From Macrostomum lignano (taxonomy: Eukaryota), in the NCBI GenBank assembly GCA_002269645.1, contig NIVC01000172.1:86558-150557 (forward strand): 64,000 nt of DNA, given 5' to 3'. Every line of letters starts with the position of its first letter. Position 1 is the stretch's first letter. A program made the translations under genes and the position numbers. The notes under the pieces are model-generated. The model did no database searches and was not told the origin of the DNA. It saw only the letters and a list, made by a program, of their open reading frames with translations. Of the stretch, positions 22,912 through 34,645 are shown piece after piece.

Positions 22912-24069
22912 ACTTACGAGTACCTACTGCATACAGTCGTGTAAAAACACCCCGTCGAATAACAAATTTTTTATGCCAGCTAGATCTATAACGCTGAGAT
23001 AACGCACGCAGCATCGGTCTTCTTGACCTTTACATGGTTTAGCGCAAATCTAAGATCTACGAAAAAAATTGTGTGAAATTGCGCGCATCGAGAGGCAGAA
23101 GTTTTTGTAACTCGTAGGAAGCGCTACAAAACTTCAAAGCTTGCGTATTGACATGACGTATTTTTAGCATTCGTAGATTTTTTAGCAGAATTTTTGGTTT
23201 TTTTGCAGGCTATTGGACAACATTTTCAGTTACAGATTGGCATTTTGAAAGCTTCAGAAATTCGCCTCTGAAGTGCGGTGTTGTGTACATCCGCAGACCC
23301 ATAATAGGCTACTTCTAGAAATATTTTCACCACCTTAAAATAGCCATCAGTCCGTCTGTTGTCTGCTTGCCTACCCATAGGTATCTGTCAATGTGTAGAC
23401 TTATTAGACATATCCAGCAACATAAGAACTTACATCTAGTTACATGTATGTGACACCCATCATGCAGAAATATCCTATTATTATAGTTAACTTAGCACAA
23501 CTATTCCTACCCCAAGAACAAAATTGAACGATTAAAAGTGTTCTGTTGATATAGATTCACAGCCTGCTCATGCAAATTTTCGGTCGGTTTTAAGCTAGAT
23601 CTTATATATTTTCACGGTTAAATGGTAACACATGTATACACACAAGCTGTGACAACCGAATTGCATAATTAGGTAGCTCGATTGCATTTCACTGCTGTTA
23701 AGCTCCAGTCCTCATTCCAGGCAGCAGAAGCAGTGACTGAAACATTCGGCCGCTACAGCATGGTATGTATTGTAAATAAACAGTACACTTAGTGACTTTC
23801 ACTTGACTACAAACTTCTCTGGAGATCAGCAAACACCAAAGGAGATGAGAGCTTTAATTAATCTGGAATAATGTAGAATCGCGTTATACAAAATATAAAT
23901 CAGAATAAAAATGTATATTGCAAACTCTATATAAAATGGAAAAGCCGACTAAGAAATAAAGCAGTCGTGATGTCAAAATATTCGGATTTAAATTACAAGG
24001 AAAATAGTCTACTATCAGTAATCTTTAAAGCATTCAACGATTTTCAAATCGCATCACAGTTCTTAAAAA

Positions 24070-24312
24070 TCACATTGACATGGGCTTGAAACTGACATCG
24101 CATTTTTTGCAATGCAGAGTCGGACTATCCGGCGAGATGCAGCAGCCGCCCAGTTTCACTCGACCGGCCTCGGCGCTGGCCATCAGTTCCGAGCTGGGCC
24201 GGCCATAGACTATGGGCACGATCACCGAGCTATCGGCGTTCAACTGATGGCCACATTGTGGACACGCTTCATCGCTTTCTGCAGATTGCTGCTGCCGCTT
24301 TTGTTCGCTCAT
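24070..24312 (-). CDS. Intronless 80-aa Cys-rich putative metal-binding protein (paralog 1)
   Basis: CPQC...IVPIVYGRP..ELM..A..G.VKLGGCC....PTLHCKKC; core motif conserved with paralog 2 despite substantial divergence. Confidence 0.85.
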   Translation of the reverse strand: MSEQKRQQQSAESDEACPQCGHQLNADSSVIVPIVYGRPSSELMASAEAGRVKLGGCCISPDSPTLHCKKCDVSFKPMSM

Positions 24313-24386
24313 TCGTACTTGTGAACTCCCTGAAAATTGGTCCAGGACGGCAATAATAAACTAATGTACATGAAGACACTTATAAA

Positions 24387-25252
24387 CAGCGGGTCTCAAG
24401 GGCTGTTTGGGAGCGGGTCTCAACGGCTGTTTGGGAGCGGGTCTCAATGGCTGTTTGGGAGCGGGTCTCAACGGCTGTTTGGGAGCGGGTCTCAACGGCT
24501 GTTTGGGAGCGGGTCTCAATGGCTGTTTGGGAGCGGGTCTCAAGGGCTGTTTGGGAGCGAGTCTCAACGGCTGTTTGGGAGCGGGTCTCAACGGCTGTTT
24601 GGGAGCGGGTCTCAACTGCTGTTTGGGAGCGAGTCTCAACGGCTGTTTGGGAGCGGGTCTCAAGGGTTGTTTGGGAGCGAGTCTCAACGGCTGTTTGGGA
24701 GCGGGTCTCAACGGCTGTTTGGGAGCGGGTCTCAACGGCTGTTTGGGAGCGGGTCTCAACGGCTGTTTGGGAGCGGGTCTCAACGGCTGTTTGGGAGCGG
24801 GTCTCAAGGGTTGTTTGGGAGCGAGTCTCAACGGCTGTTTGGGAGCGGGTCTCAACGGCTGTTTGGGAGCGGGTCTCAACGGCTGTTTGGGAGCGGGTCT
24901 CAACGGCTGTTTGGGAGCGGGTCTCAAGGCCTGTTTGGGAGCGAGTCTCAACGGCTGTTTGGGAGCGGGTCTCAAGGGTTGTTTGGGAGCGAGTCTCAAC
25001 GGCTGTTTGGGAGCGGGTCTCAAGGGTTGTTTGGGAGCGAGTCTCAACGGCTGTTTGGGAGCGGGTCTCAAGGGTTGTTTGGGAGCGAGTCTCAACGGCT
25101 GTTTGGGAGCGGGTCTCAAGGGTTGTTTGGGAGCGAGTCTCAACGGCTGTTTGGGAGCGGGTCTCAACGGCTGTTTGGGAGCGGGTCTCAAGGGTTGTTT
25201 GGGAGTGGGTCTCAGGGCTGTTTGGGAGCGATAAAAAGGCCGGGCTGTTTGG
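24387..25252. repeat. 24-bp minisatellite (about 36 copies)
   Basis: GGGAGCGGGTCTCAACGGCTGTTT. Confidence 0.97.
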
Positions 25253-25792
25253 GAGACAAGTTTAGACCGTATATGAATGTTTTAAAGCGATTCCTAAAGA
25301 GTTATTTAACGTTTTCAGAGAGCTCAGAAAAAGGATATCAAGTTAATTTGAAACGCGTGAGAGAATAAACTCTTTATCAAATCCAATTTTAATATCAAAA
25401 TAGACTTATTTGAAGTATCACAGATTTATAATTAAACACAAAGCAAAAAATGTTAAAAAGAAGCACAAAGGCAAAAACGAATATTAAAAAAAATCATGTA
25501 CAGGTAGATACGCTTATGTCCAATAAAAATTCAAAAGTACACGAATATCCTAAAAGTTTGAGAGCTTTGGTTTTTGTATATCCTCAATGAAAAGAGTTAA
25601 ATTTTAAAAAACATATAAGTTACTAAGAGTAGCGTAAAATGTTTCAAAGAATTATGCTCCTAATTCCACGGAAAAACGAAATTGTTCCATAAATTCATTC
25701 TCTTACTGGCTGTGATGCTTGATCGATATTGGAGTCAAACAGTATAAAAATTGAACTGTACTTCGGCATGAGTGGATTTTTTCCCCAAAATG

Positions 25793-26002
25793 TTACGGAC
25801 GAAAATCGAATTTGCACGCTTCGCAGTGCTTGGTTGGACAATTGGGCGATACGCAACAGCCGCCCAGTTTCACAGCGCCAGACTTGGCCTTCTCCATCAG
25901 TTGGTGGTTTGGTTTGCCATAGACTATGGACACCACGTGTTCTGAGCTGTTGCAGTTGGGACAGGAGGAACTCTTCTGCTTGTCTGGCTGCTTCTGATCC
26001 AT
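25793..26002 (-). CDS. Intronless 69-aa Cys-rich putative metal-binding protein (paralog 2)
   Basis: CPNC...VVSIVYGKP..QLM..A..G.VKLGGCC....PTKHCEAC; start MDQKQ chosen by alignment with paralog 1 (an upstream ATG at 26062 is in frame). Confidence 0.85.
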   Translation of the reverse strand: MDQKQPDKQKSSSCPNCNSSEHVVSIVYGKPNHQLMEKAKSGAVKLGGCCVSPNCPTKHCEACKFDFRP

Positions 26003-26693
26003 GATGATGCTATGAACCAGAGCTGGGGCTGCAACTGTTGGATTAACCCGAACCAATTGCATTGACGACTGACAACATGATGCTATTTTTAGAATTACGT
26101 CAGTTTCTATATTTAAATCGGAAGTTAAATTCCCTTAGTTTGGAAATGGAAATCAGATTTCCTGATTAAGATGCATGCACAGTATAACAGATTTCCACTT
26201 TACTATATTAAGTTTACATATAAGTTTATACTTGCTAATGAATTCAAATAGTTATTTATAGTTTGTTACGGATTAAAAAAACAAAGGCAAAGGCGACCAT
26301 AAAATTTAGCGATGGATGGACAGATTACCGTAGACTTTATTAGAGCGAATAAATATATTGCCGCTGGATAGAAAACTTCATTTGAAACAAGAAGAAAGGT
26401 TTTTCTCACACTTCTATCATAGGGGAAGCTGCTAAATAAATTATCTGAATTAATGAGCAATTCAATAACATTTTCAGAAACTGATATACACGTGTCATCT
26501 GTATAATACGAATACTGCAAAATTAAAAAAATCGATATAAAATATGATAATTAGCAGAGCTAAAGCACTAGAGCAGAAAAACCGTTAGCAATTGGAAAAA
26601 GTTATGGCAAAATTCATGGAAATTCCATGGAAAATCCTGAAAACTTGACAAACAATGGTCAAGAAAGTTCAATTTTTCAACCCCGGAAAAAGT

Positions 26694-27357
26694 TCAAGCC
26701 TCCTCGGTGACGCCCATCACGTGCCGATTAAACCACAGCACGATGTCGACAAACACGCTGCTCTGAACTGGGACGCTGCTCATCGGATGGCAATCGTCAG
26801 GACACACCAGCAGCCTAGTTGGCACATTCCTCGCTCGCAGAGCCCGGTACAGCTCCCGACCCTGCTGCGGCGGCACCCGGAGATCCTTGAGTCCCACAGC
26901 GACCAGCGTCGGCGTGTTGACTTTGGACGCGTGCGACAGCGGAGACTTGGACCACAGCAGGGCCAGGGTCTCCGCGTCCAGCAGGCGGTCGTGGCTGAAT
27001 GGCAGGCCGCTCTGCTCGTAAACCCAGTCGGGAATGTCGCTTCCGCCGACCATGGTGGCCAGGTTGATCACCGGGTTGCGCAGCACGGCGGCTTTGAACA
27101 TGCCGGGCCGCTGGCCAATCAGGTGGCCCCCGAGAAAGCCGCCGTGCGAGCCGCCAAACGCGGCGAGTTTCTCACCATCAAGACGAGGCAGCGCGGAGTT
27201 ATCAGCGGACGAAGCCGACTCGGCCAGCGTCTCCTCCACTGCCTGAATGCAGTCGGACACGTCGCGCTCGCCAATGCCGCCGAGCAGGGAGTCGACGGTC
27301 GATTTGCCGAATCCGAGCGAGCCGCGGTAGTTGATCATCAGGACAGCGTAGCCGCAC
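26694..27357 (-). CDS. APEH: Acylamino-acid-releasing enzyme (S9C peptidase), exon 4
   Basis: INYRGSLGFG, catalytic GGSHGG, NPVIN, GLKDLRVP (Asp), DDCH (His); phase-2 acceptor CTCAACCAG. Confidence 0.95.
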
Positions 27358-27404
27358 CTGGTTGAGGTAAGTATGCAGACTTGGGGAAACTCGCTCACCC
27401 GCTA

Positions 27405-28328
27405 CCCATCTCACTCCCCGCCCGACACTCACCTCACTCCCTGCCCCGACACCCACCTCACTGCCTGCCCCGACACCCACCTCATTCCCTGCCCCGACAC
27501 CCACCTAACTCCCTGCCCCGACACCCACCTCACTCCCTGCCCCGACACCCACCTCACTGCCTGCCCCGACACCCACCTCACTGCCTGGCCCAACACCCAG
27601 CTCACTGCCTGCCCCGACAACCACTCACTCCTTGCCCAGACACCCACCTCACTCCCTGCCCCGACACCCACCTAACTCCCTGCCCCGACACCCACCTCAC
27701 TCCCTGCTCCGACACCCACCTAACTCCCTGGCCCGACACCCACCTCACTGCCTGGCCCGACACCCACCTAACTCCCTGCCCCGACACCCACCTAACTCCC
27801 TGCCCCGACACCCACCTCACTCCCTGCCCCGACACCCACCTCACTGCCTGCCCCGACACCCACCTCACTCCCTGCCCCGACACCCACCTAACTCCCTGCC
27901 CCGACACCCACCTAACTCCCTGCCCCGACACCCACCTAACTCCCTGCCCCGACACCCACCTAACTCCCTGCCCCGACACCCACCTCACTCCCTGCCCCGA
28001 CACCCACCTCACTGCCTGGCCCGACACCCACCTCACTCCCTGCCCCGACACCCACCTAACTCCCTGCCCCGACACCCACCTCACTCCCTGCCCCGACACC
28101 CACCTCACTGCCTGGCCCGACACCCACCTAACTCCCTGCCCCGACACCCACCTCACTCCCTGCCCCGACACCCACCTCACTCCCTGCCCCGACACCCACC
28201 TCACTCCCTGCCCCGACACCCACCTCACTGCCTGCCCCGACACCCACCTCACTGCCTGGCCCAACACCCACCTCACTGCCTGGCCCGACACCCACCTCAC
28301 TGCCTGCCCCGACACCCACCTCACTCCC
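27405..28328. repeat. 24-bp intronic minisatellite
   Basis: CCCCGACACCCACCTCACTCCCTG variants. Confidence 0.97.
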
Positions 28329-28357
28329 AGCTAACACAAAACAAATCTATAGTGCAC

Positions 28358-28932
28358 CTGGCTAGTCCGCAGACGTAGCGCATATAAGTAGCGGTAAACG
28401 ATGTGTTAGGTCCGCCGTGCGGAAACGCGATCAACGGAAGCGGCAGCTCAGTGATTGCTGCCGGCTTCTCTTCGTCTCCCTTTTTGCTATCCTTCTTCTT
28501 AGACGAGTCAACTGGCCACACCAGAATCGATTCGAACAATTGATTCCCGAATTCGGGATGGGCCAATTTCGCCGTGTGCTGCTTCACCCGCCAGGCGATG
28601 TCGTTCAGCTTGAAGCAATCGGTCAGACAGGTCCACTTAATGTTTGAAGTCAGCGGCTTGCTTGCGTCAATGAATCCAGCAGCGATAAATGGCGGCACGT
28701 TTGGCGCGCTGGCCTCAACAACCAGCCAGTCGCGATGAAAGTCCAAGACTTTAGCGCTGCTCGCATCTGGCGGTAGCGACAGCAGCTCGCCGATCTTGGT
28801 CTTGACGTCAATCGCCAGCAGGCAATCTTTGCTCCGATTGATGCTGCTAAGAACGACGGTGCGACAGTTGGAGGACCAGCAGCGAGACGGCAGGCTGTCG
28901 GCGTAAATTCCTGGAAAGCCTGCGCTGCCAGC
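28358..28932 (-). CDS. APEH: APEH exon 3
   Basis: FPGIY...LPSRCWS...[10 protein letters not shown]; phase-0 acceptor CCCTACGCAG, phase-2 donor AG|GTGCAC. Confidence 0.92.
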
Positions 28933-28989
28933 CTGCGTAGGGAGGAATGGCGAGTCTGATTGCAGACAGAAACTGGCTTTGAGAGCCTG

Positions 28990-29760
28990 AGGCTGGGCAC
29001 TGATTACAGATGAGACTGAGCCACTGATTACAGCTGAGACTGAGGCACTGACTACAGCCTGAGACTGAGGCACTGATTACAGATGAGACTGAGGCACTGA
29101 TTACAGCTGAGACTGAGGCACTGATTACAGATGAGACTGAGGCACTGATTACAGCTGAGACTGAGGCACTGATTACAGCTGAGACTGAGGCACTGATTAC
29201 AGATGAGACTGAGGCACTGATTACAGCTGAGACTGAGGCACTGATTACAGCTGAGACTGAGGCACTGATTACAGCCTGAGACTAAGAGGTCTGATTACAG
29301 TCTGAGACTAAGGGGTCTGATTACAGTCTGAGACTAAGGGGTCTGATTACAGTCTGAGACTAAGGGGTCTGATTACAGTCTGAGACTAAGAGGTCTGATT
29401 ACAGTCTGAGACTAAGGGGTCTGATTACAGTCTGAGACTAAGGGGTCTGATTACAGTCTGAGACTAAGGGGTCTGATTACAGTCTGAGACTAAGGGGTCT
29501 GATTACAGTCTGAGACTAAGGGGTCTGATTACAGTCTGAGACTGAGGGTCTGATTACAGCCCGAGACTGAGGGTCTGATTACAGCCTGAGACTGAGGCAC
29601 TGACTACAGCCTGAGACTAAGGGGTCTGATTACAGTCTGAGACTAAGAGGTCTGACTACAGTCTGAGACTGGGGGTCTCATTACAGCCTGAGACTGGGGC
29701 TCTGATTACAGCCTGAGACTGGGGCTCTGATTACAGCCGGAGACTGGGGGTCTGATTACA
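28990..29760. repeat. 24/26-bp intronic minisatellite
   Basis: GAGACTGAGGCACTGATTACAGCT grading into GAGACTAAGGGGTCTGATTACAGTCT. Confidence 0.95.
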
Positions 29761-29789
29761 ACCCTAACACCCACCCCGCGATTACGCAC

Positions 29790-30261
29790 CTGATTAACAA
29801 AATCGATAATGAACCGTATATCCTTCGTGGCCCAATCGCACCAGATGAGCCGTCTGCACTGTTTATGCGGACCTGATGGCTCATTCTGCAGCCACACCAG
29901 CTGGGTCTGGCACGGGCTGAACCTGGGCGATGACACGGCTCGAGTATCGTGACCAATCACCGCGCACTCTCCGCTGCGAAAGTCCAGATAGTAAATAGCG
30001 GACGGCCTCTGATTGCAATAGATTACACCCAGCTGATAGGGCAGCTCTTTGTAGCCAACAAAGACTACGCCAGCATCGTCAGGAGCCCAGCAAGGTTCCG
30101 TTGGCAGCACGCCGTCGAGTATGCCGCCATCGTCAAGCACGGTGACGACCTCGGAGTCAACATCGAGAGTGCACAGCACTGGTCGCTTGTACTCGGATAG
30201 TTGCTCGCCAAAGTGTTCCACGCTATCATACTGCTTGCCAACTGATTTGGCCTCGCCAGGT
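29790..30261 (-). CDS. APEH: APEH exon 2
   Basis: EHFGEQL...PVLCTLD...WAPDD.GVVF...LGVIYCNQRPSAIY...SSPRFSP...GPHKQC; phase-2 acceptor TTTTCACAG, phase-0 donor CAG|GTGCGT. Confidence 0.92.
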
Positions 30262-30337
30262 CTGTGAAAATATCAGACAGACAAAAACAATAGTAGATAT
30301 TTTACAAGCCCAAATTCAGGACTCTAGAAATGTAAGT

Positions 30338-30507
30338 TAATAATGATGATTAATTGACTGCACCTGCCCAAATTGGGCTAGATGTGCAACCGACAGCTCA
30401 GCCGCAGCTATTGCGCGGCGCATCTGAATGCTGCGTACGGCTGTTCAGTCCAAGGACTGGGGGGTCGCCACACGCACCCTCAATTACCCCAGCTAATGCT
30501 GGCACCC
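30338..30507 (-). mobile_element. SINE family 1, 3' fragment in APEH intron 1
   Basis: Near-identical to 21465-21615. Confidence 0.85.
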
Positions 30508-30763
30508 AGCAGAGCAAATCCCAGGTTCGATACCTAATTTATATTTATCTGGCTCTCGTGCACAAAAATTCATTTGGGGCTTCCGCAATTCTCGCCACCA
30601 AGGGTCAACCCGAGCCATTAGGCACCCAGTGTACACTGTCTGTGCCTAACGATCAGAAACTGAGCGTGTGCCTGATTACTCATCCGTGCAAGTGTTCAGT
30701 GGTCAGTTGAAGGTGCATGATGACTGCTTTAATCGCTACAGAATGTAAAAAACAACAACTTAC

Positions 30764-31386
30764 TTTCCGGCGCTCTCTTCGCTAAACGTATCAGCGGCAA
30801 AGTAAGACGCATTCTTTGGCTGTTTCTTTTCGGCAACGTACAGCAGATGTCCCTCATTGTAGGACCACTGGCACGCGCCCAGCTCGGGACCGTACACCGC
30901 CCCGTGCTTGGCTTTCTCGCTCAGATCGATGCTCTTAATAAAACGGGACTCATTGTAGACGTGGACTATGAATTTATCGGCATTGTCACTGCCGGACCCT
31001 TCAGCTTTGAGCTTGAGCAGCACGGCCCGATGGTCGCCCACGCTGCAGTAGACATCCCACAGTGTGGTCGGATCCCGCAGTACAGGATCCGAGTCAACCA
31101 GATCTCCAGTTGGCAGTACAACGGCAGTTTTCACCAGCGTGCGATTCTTTTGACTAGCCAAATCTTGCACCTGATAGGCGCACCGAGTTCTGATGGCGTC
31201 GCTGAATGGATACTGAGGCAACAGCTGGGCAGACTGCGGCACTGGATAGGCGGCCAGGTCAGAATAGACCTGAGCCACCTCCTTGGCTGACTTCACAGAT
31301 GACGGCTTCATCATCAAGCTGAGTGATTGCGAACCTGCGACTTCTGCTTTTTGCGAGGCGAATAGAAGGGAAGAAAATCTGAGCAT
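30764..31386 (-). CDS. APEH: APEH exon 1 (start codon uncertain: 31386 or the downstream MMKP)
   Basis: KHGAVY...GACQWSYNEGHLLYVAEKKQPK matches the APEH N-terminal propeller; donor AA|GTAAGT, phase 2. Confidence 0.9.
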
Positions 31387-31474
31387 GAAAATTATAATTA
31401 GCTGTTTTGCTAGTTGAGACTAAATCAAGGGTAGGATAAAAGAGGAAAAAACACCTCTAAGGAGCAGGTTATAA

Positions 31475-32152
31475 CTAGATCCACTGATGAAGAGGGGGAT
31501 TATAACTAGATCCACTGATGAAGAGGGGGATTATAACTAAATCCACTGATGGGGAGGGGATTATAACTAGATCCACTGATGGGGAGGGGATTATAACTAA
31601 ATCCACTGATGGGGAGGGGATTATAACTAGATCCACTGATGGGGAGGGGATTATAACTAGATCCACTGATGAAGAGGGGGATTATAACTAAATCCACTGA
31701 TGGGGAGGGGATTATAACTAGATCCACTGATGGGGAGGGGATTATAACTAAATCCACTAAGAAGGGGATTATAACTAAATCCACTGATGGGGAGGGGATT
31801 ATAACTAAATCCACTGATGAGATGGGGATTATAACTAAATCCACTAATAAGGGGATTATAACTAAATCCACTGATAAGGGGATTATAACTAAATCCACTA
31901 ATCAGGGGATTATAACTAAATCCACTGATAAGGGGATTATAACTAAATCCACTGATAAGGGGATTATAACTAAATCCACTGATAAGGGGATTATAACTAA
32001 ATCCACTGATAAGGGGATTGTAACTAAATCCACTAATAAGGGGATTATAACTAAATCCAATGATGGGAGGGAATTATAACTAAATCCACTGATAAGGGAA
32101 TTATAACTAAATCCAATGATGGGAGGGGATTATAACTAAATCCACTGATAAG
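31475..32152. repeat. 30/24-bp minisatellite upstream of APEH
   Basis: GGATTATAACTAAATCCACTGAT(GGGGAG/AAG)G. Confidence 0.95.
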
Positions 32153-33233
32153 GGTGTAGAATCAAAAAAATAATATCTTGTAAGAGTCGAGAGTGTAAAA
32201 AAGTTAACGGAATTATTTTTACTTTGGAAGTACGATGAATGTAGCTTTAAGTCAGGTTTATTTACGAATATTAAACATGGAGCTTTGAGCAATAAAGAAA
32301 TTAATTTTATCTACTATTTTAGTCTCAATATAACTTTAATCAGCAAAACTGATTTTCGGTAGAGGGTTGAAAACTCTAGTGTTGAATAAAAAAAGGCAGC
32401 AGTACCAGTTATTTTACAACAGGTGCATCAAGAAAATGAGAAAAGGCACATCTTAACAACAGACTGCTCAATATGAAAATGCAGTTTTGAGACTATAAAA
32501 TAGAACAAAAATAAAATAACAGGGCACTGTTTGACTTGGCCTTTTGATGAAAACTCTATCGATAAAATGACCACTAAAGCACATTATTTCTGGCGTGAAC
32601 TCGCCAAACGGGGAAGAAAGAACACAATTTGAATACAATATTCGGCACCACAGCTGCAACTTGACGTGTGCACAGAGTTTCAAGTGCCAATGTTATCGCG
32701 TTCTGTGGAAAAATGTCATGTCAGTACATTTTTTTGGCTAGTAGTTTGCCAGATAATAGTTTGGTTCAGTCTCAATTCGATATAAAGCAGTAACGCAAAC
32801 AAGCTATCAATGCTGCATCATTTAAAAACAAAACACCACAATATAACAGCAACCTGACGTGGCGTACGCTAGCAATTCAAGATCAGCGACGAGCGAAGTC
32901 ACCAATGCGACACTGCATCGACTCCGTTGGCGACCCCAGCTTGCAGGCCACATCATCCGCACTGAGTCGTACTGCTCACAACCGGCGCAAGAGGTGCTAC
33001 TACTAGCAAACAGCAAATCATAGATATGCAATTGGAAAACAATCAATACAATACGAAGAAAAAACGAATCGTGGTGATAGATAATGCAGCCTAATAGACA
33101 CTTCGATTATATAGACTAATTGCTCAGTTTACTGATTTCTAATTTAGTATTACTAATATGCTGTACTTTAATATAATATGTATTAACACACAAAAAAAGA
33201 TATATTAAAAAATATGGCACAATTTTTTTATAA

Positions 33234-34626
33234 AAGGGTGACCAAAGATTTCTGCAACCTACTCTTTTGTACAGTCGTTTTGACTGCATCAAATAGAATT
33301 TGAATTCTACACACCGATGGTTAATTTTGTTATTAACTTGTGTGTGGAGCGTTGTTCAGATTCATGGATTAGTTTTAGTGTGGCTGAACTCCGACTATTT
33401 ACAGTTTTCAGCTTCTGCATGGAACCTTCCAAAGACCCATATTCGCTTCTCATCTTCATGCGTATGCAGCTGGGCTAAAGAGCTGTGGACATCCAGGCCA
33501 ATTTGGCTTCAGTCTTTTTCCTGAATCTGCACCGTCTTTTGACACCGTCGCGCGCTGGTTGCGTCACTTTTCCGACGGTCAATTGAGCGTCCAAGACACG
33601 ACCCTGTCTGGGACGGTCAATTGAGCGTCCAAGACACGACCCTGTCTGGGCGACATCGAAAATCCTTCATTGTGCGCGAGGATCAAAGCGTGACGCTGAG
33701 ATTCCTTGTCTATGAGCTCGGTTTGAGCTATGGTAGCGCCCACAACATCATGCATGAGCAGCTTGGCCGCACAAAGACCTGCGTGACAGACGACAAATGA
33801 TGAATTTCCTTCTTCACAATAAAGGACAAGCAGCCCAAGGGGGTGTGGTTGACCAAAGATGAGCCCAGGCCTGAGGTCGTGAAGACCAGTTTCAGAAGCA
33901 GGAAGGGAATGTTCACCATTTTCTTTAACTCTCAGGGTGTTGTGGCAGTGGGCATCCTTCCTGAGGGCAGCGCTATGACTGCCAAGTATTACACTGAAAC
34001 GATGCTGCCAGATGTGCTGCAGGAGAGGCGGCAGCAGGCAAGAACTTGGCATGGTGCCAGGCTGCTGCTGCACCACGACAATGCGGCATCGTACTGCTGC
34101 TGCAACTCAGGCATTTCTGGAGCAGCATAGGGTTTCATTTGCTGCCTCACTCACTCTACTGGCCAGACCTCGCCCCTGCACATTTTGGCTCTTCCAGAAG
34201 CTGAAGTCCGCAAGTTCTGGGAAGCCGTTTTCGCGCATTTAAGACCTGGCTCGAACGGTCAAAGCAGAACTGGAGAGGGTGCCCACATCGGAGTGCATAC
34301 ATGCGCAACCTTGGGAATCACTCGGCCGTCTCTACTGGCAACACACACATGTAAGTCGCTATTGGCTGAAAGCAGTCACGTGACTACTATTCCGTCCAAT
34401 AGCGACTCACATGTGTGTGTTGCCAATAGAAACGGCCGGGTGAATCCCTAGGTTGCGCCCGAGCATGTCGGAGTGCCTCAGCTGCTTTCAGGTTTGGTGG
34501 ATACAGCTGCAGCGATGCATAGAAGCATATTTCCCCTCATGAGGGGAAATACTTTTAGTGCAAAACTTTTTTCATGGACATTTTAATTTTAGAAAAGTCA
34601 CTTGCAGAACTTTTTGATCACCCCTT
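33234..34626 (+). mobile_element. Mariner (DD34D) transposon remnant
   Basis: Imperfect TIRs AGGGTGACCAAAGATTTCTGCAA / TTGCAGAACTTTTTGATCACCCCT; broken transposase PSFDTVARW, MFTIFFNSQG, LLLHHDNA, PDLAPC.FWLF. Confidence 0.88.
34300..34467. mobile_element. Hairpin MITE inserted in the mariner 3' end
   Basis: About 70-bp arms CATGCGCAACCTTGGGAATCACTCGGCCG...ATTGG with the reverse complement on the right; flanked by a 9-bp direct repeat TCGGAGTGC. Confidence 0.8.
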
Positions 34627-34645
34627 GCATTTGCATTTGTTGTGT

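Noticed and set aside
24337-25368. Repeat-protein ORFs (GSGSQRLF etc.)
   Set aside because: 24-bp minisatellite open in several frames, without unique coding flanks.
24070-26062. Bacterial contamination as the source of the Cys-rich genes
   Set aside because: Flanked by intron-containing animal genes and host-type repeats, and no bacterial neighbours; only read-level confirmation is outstanding.
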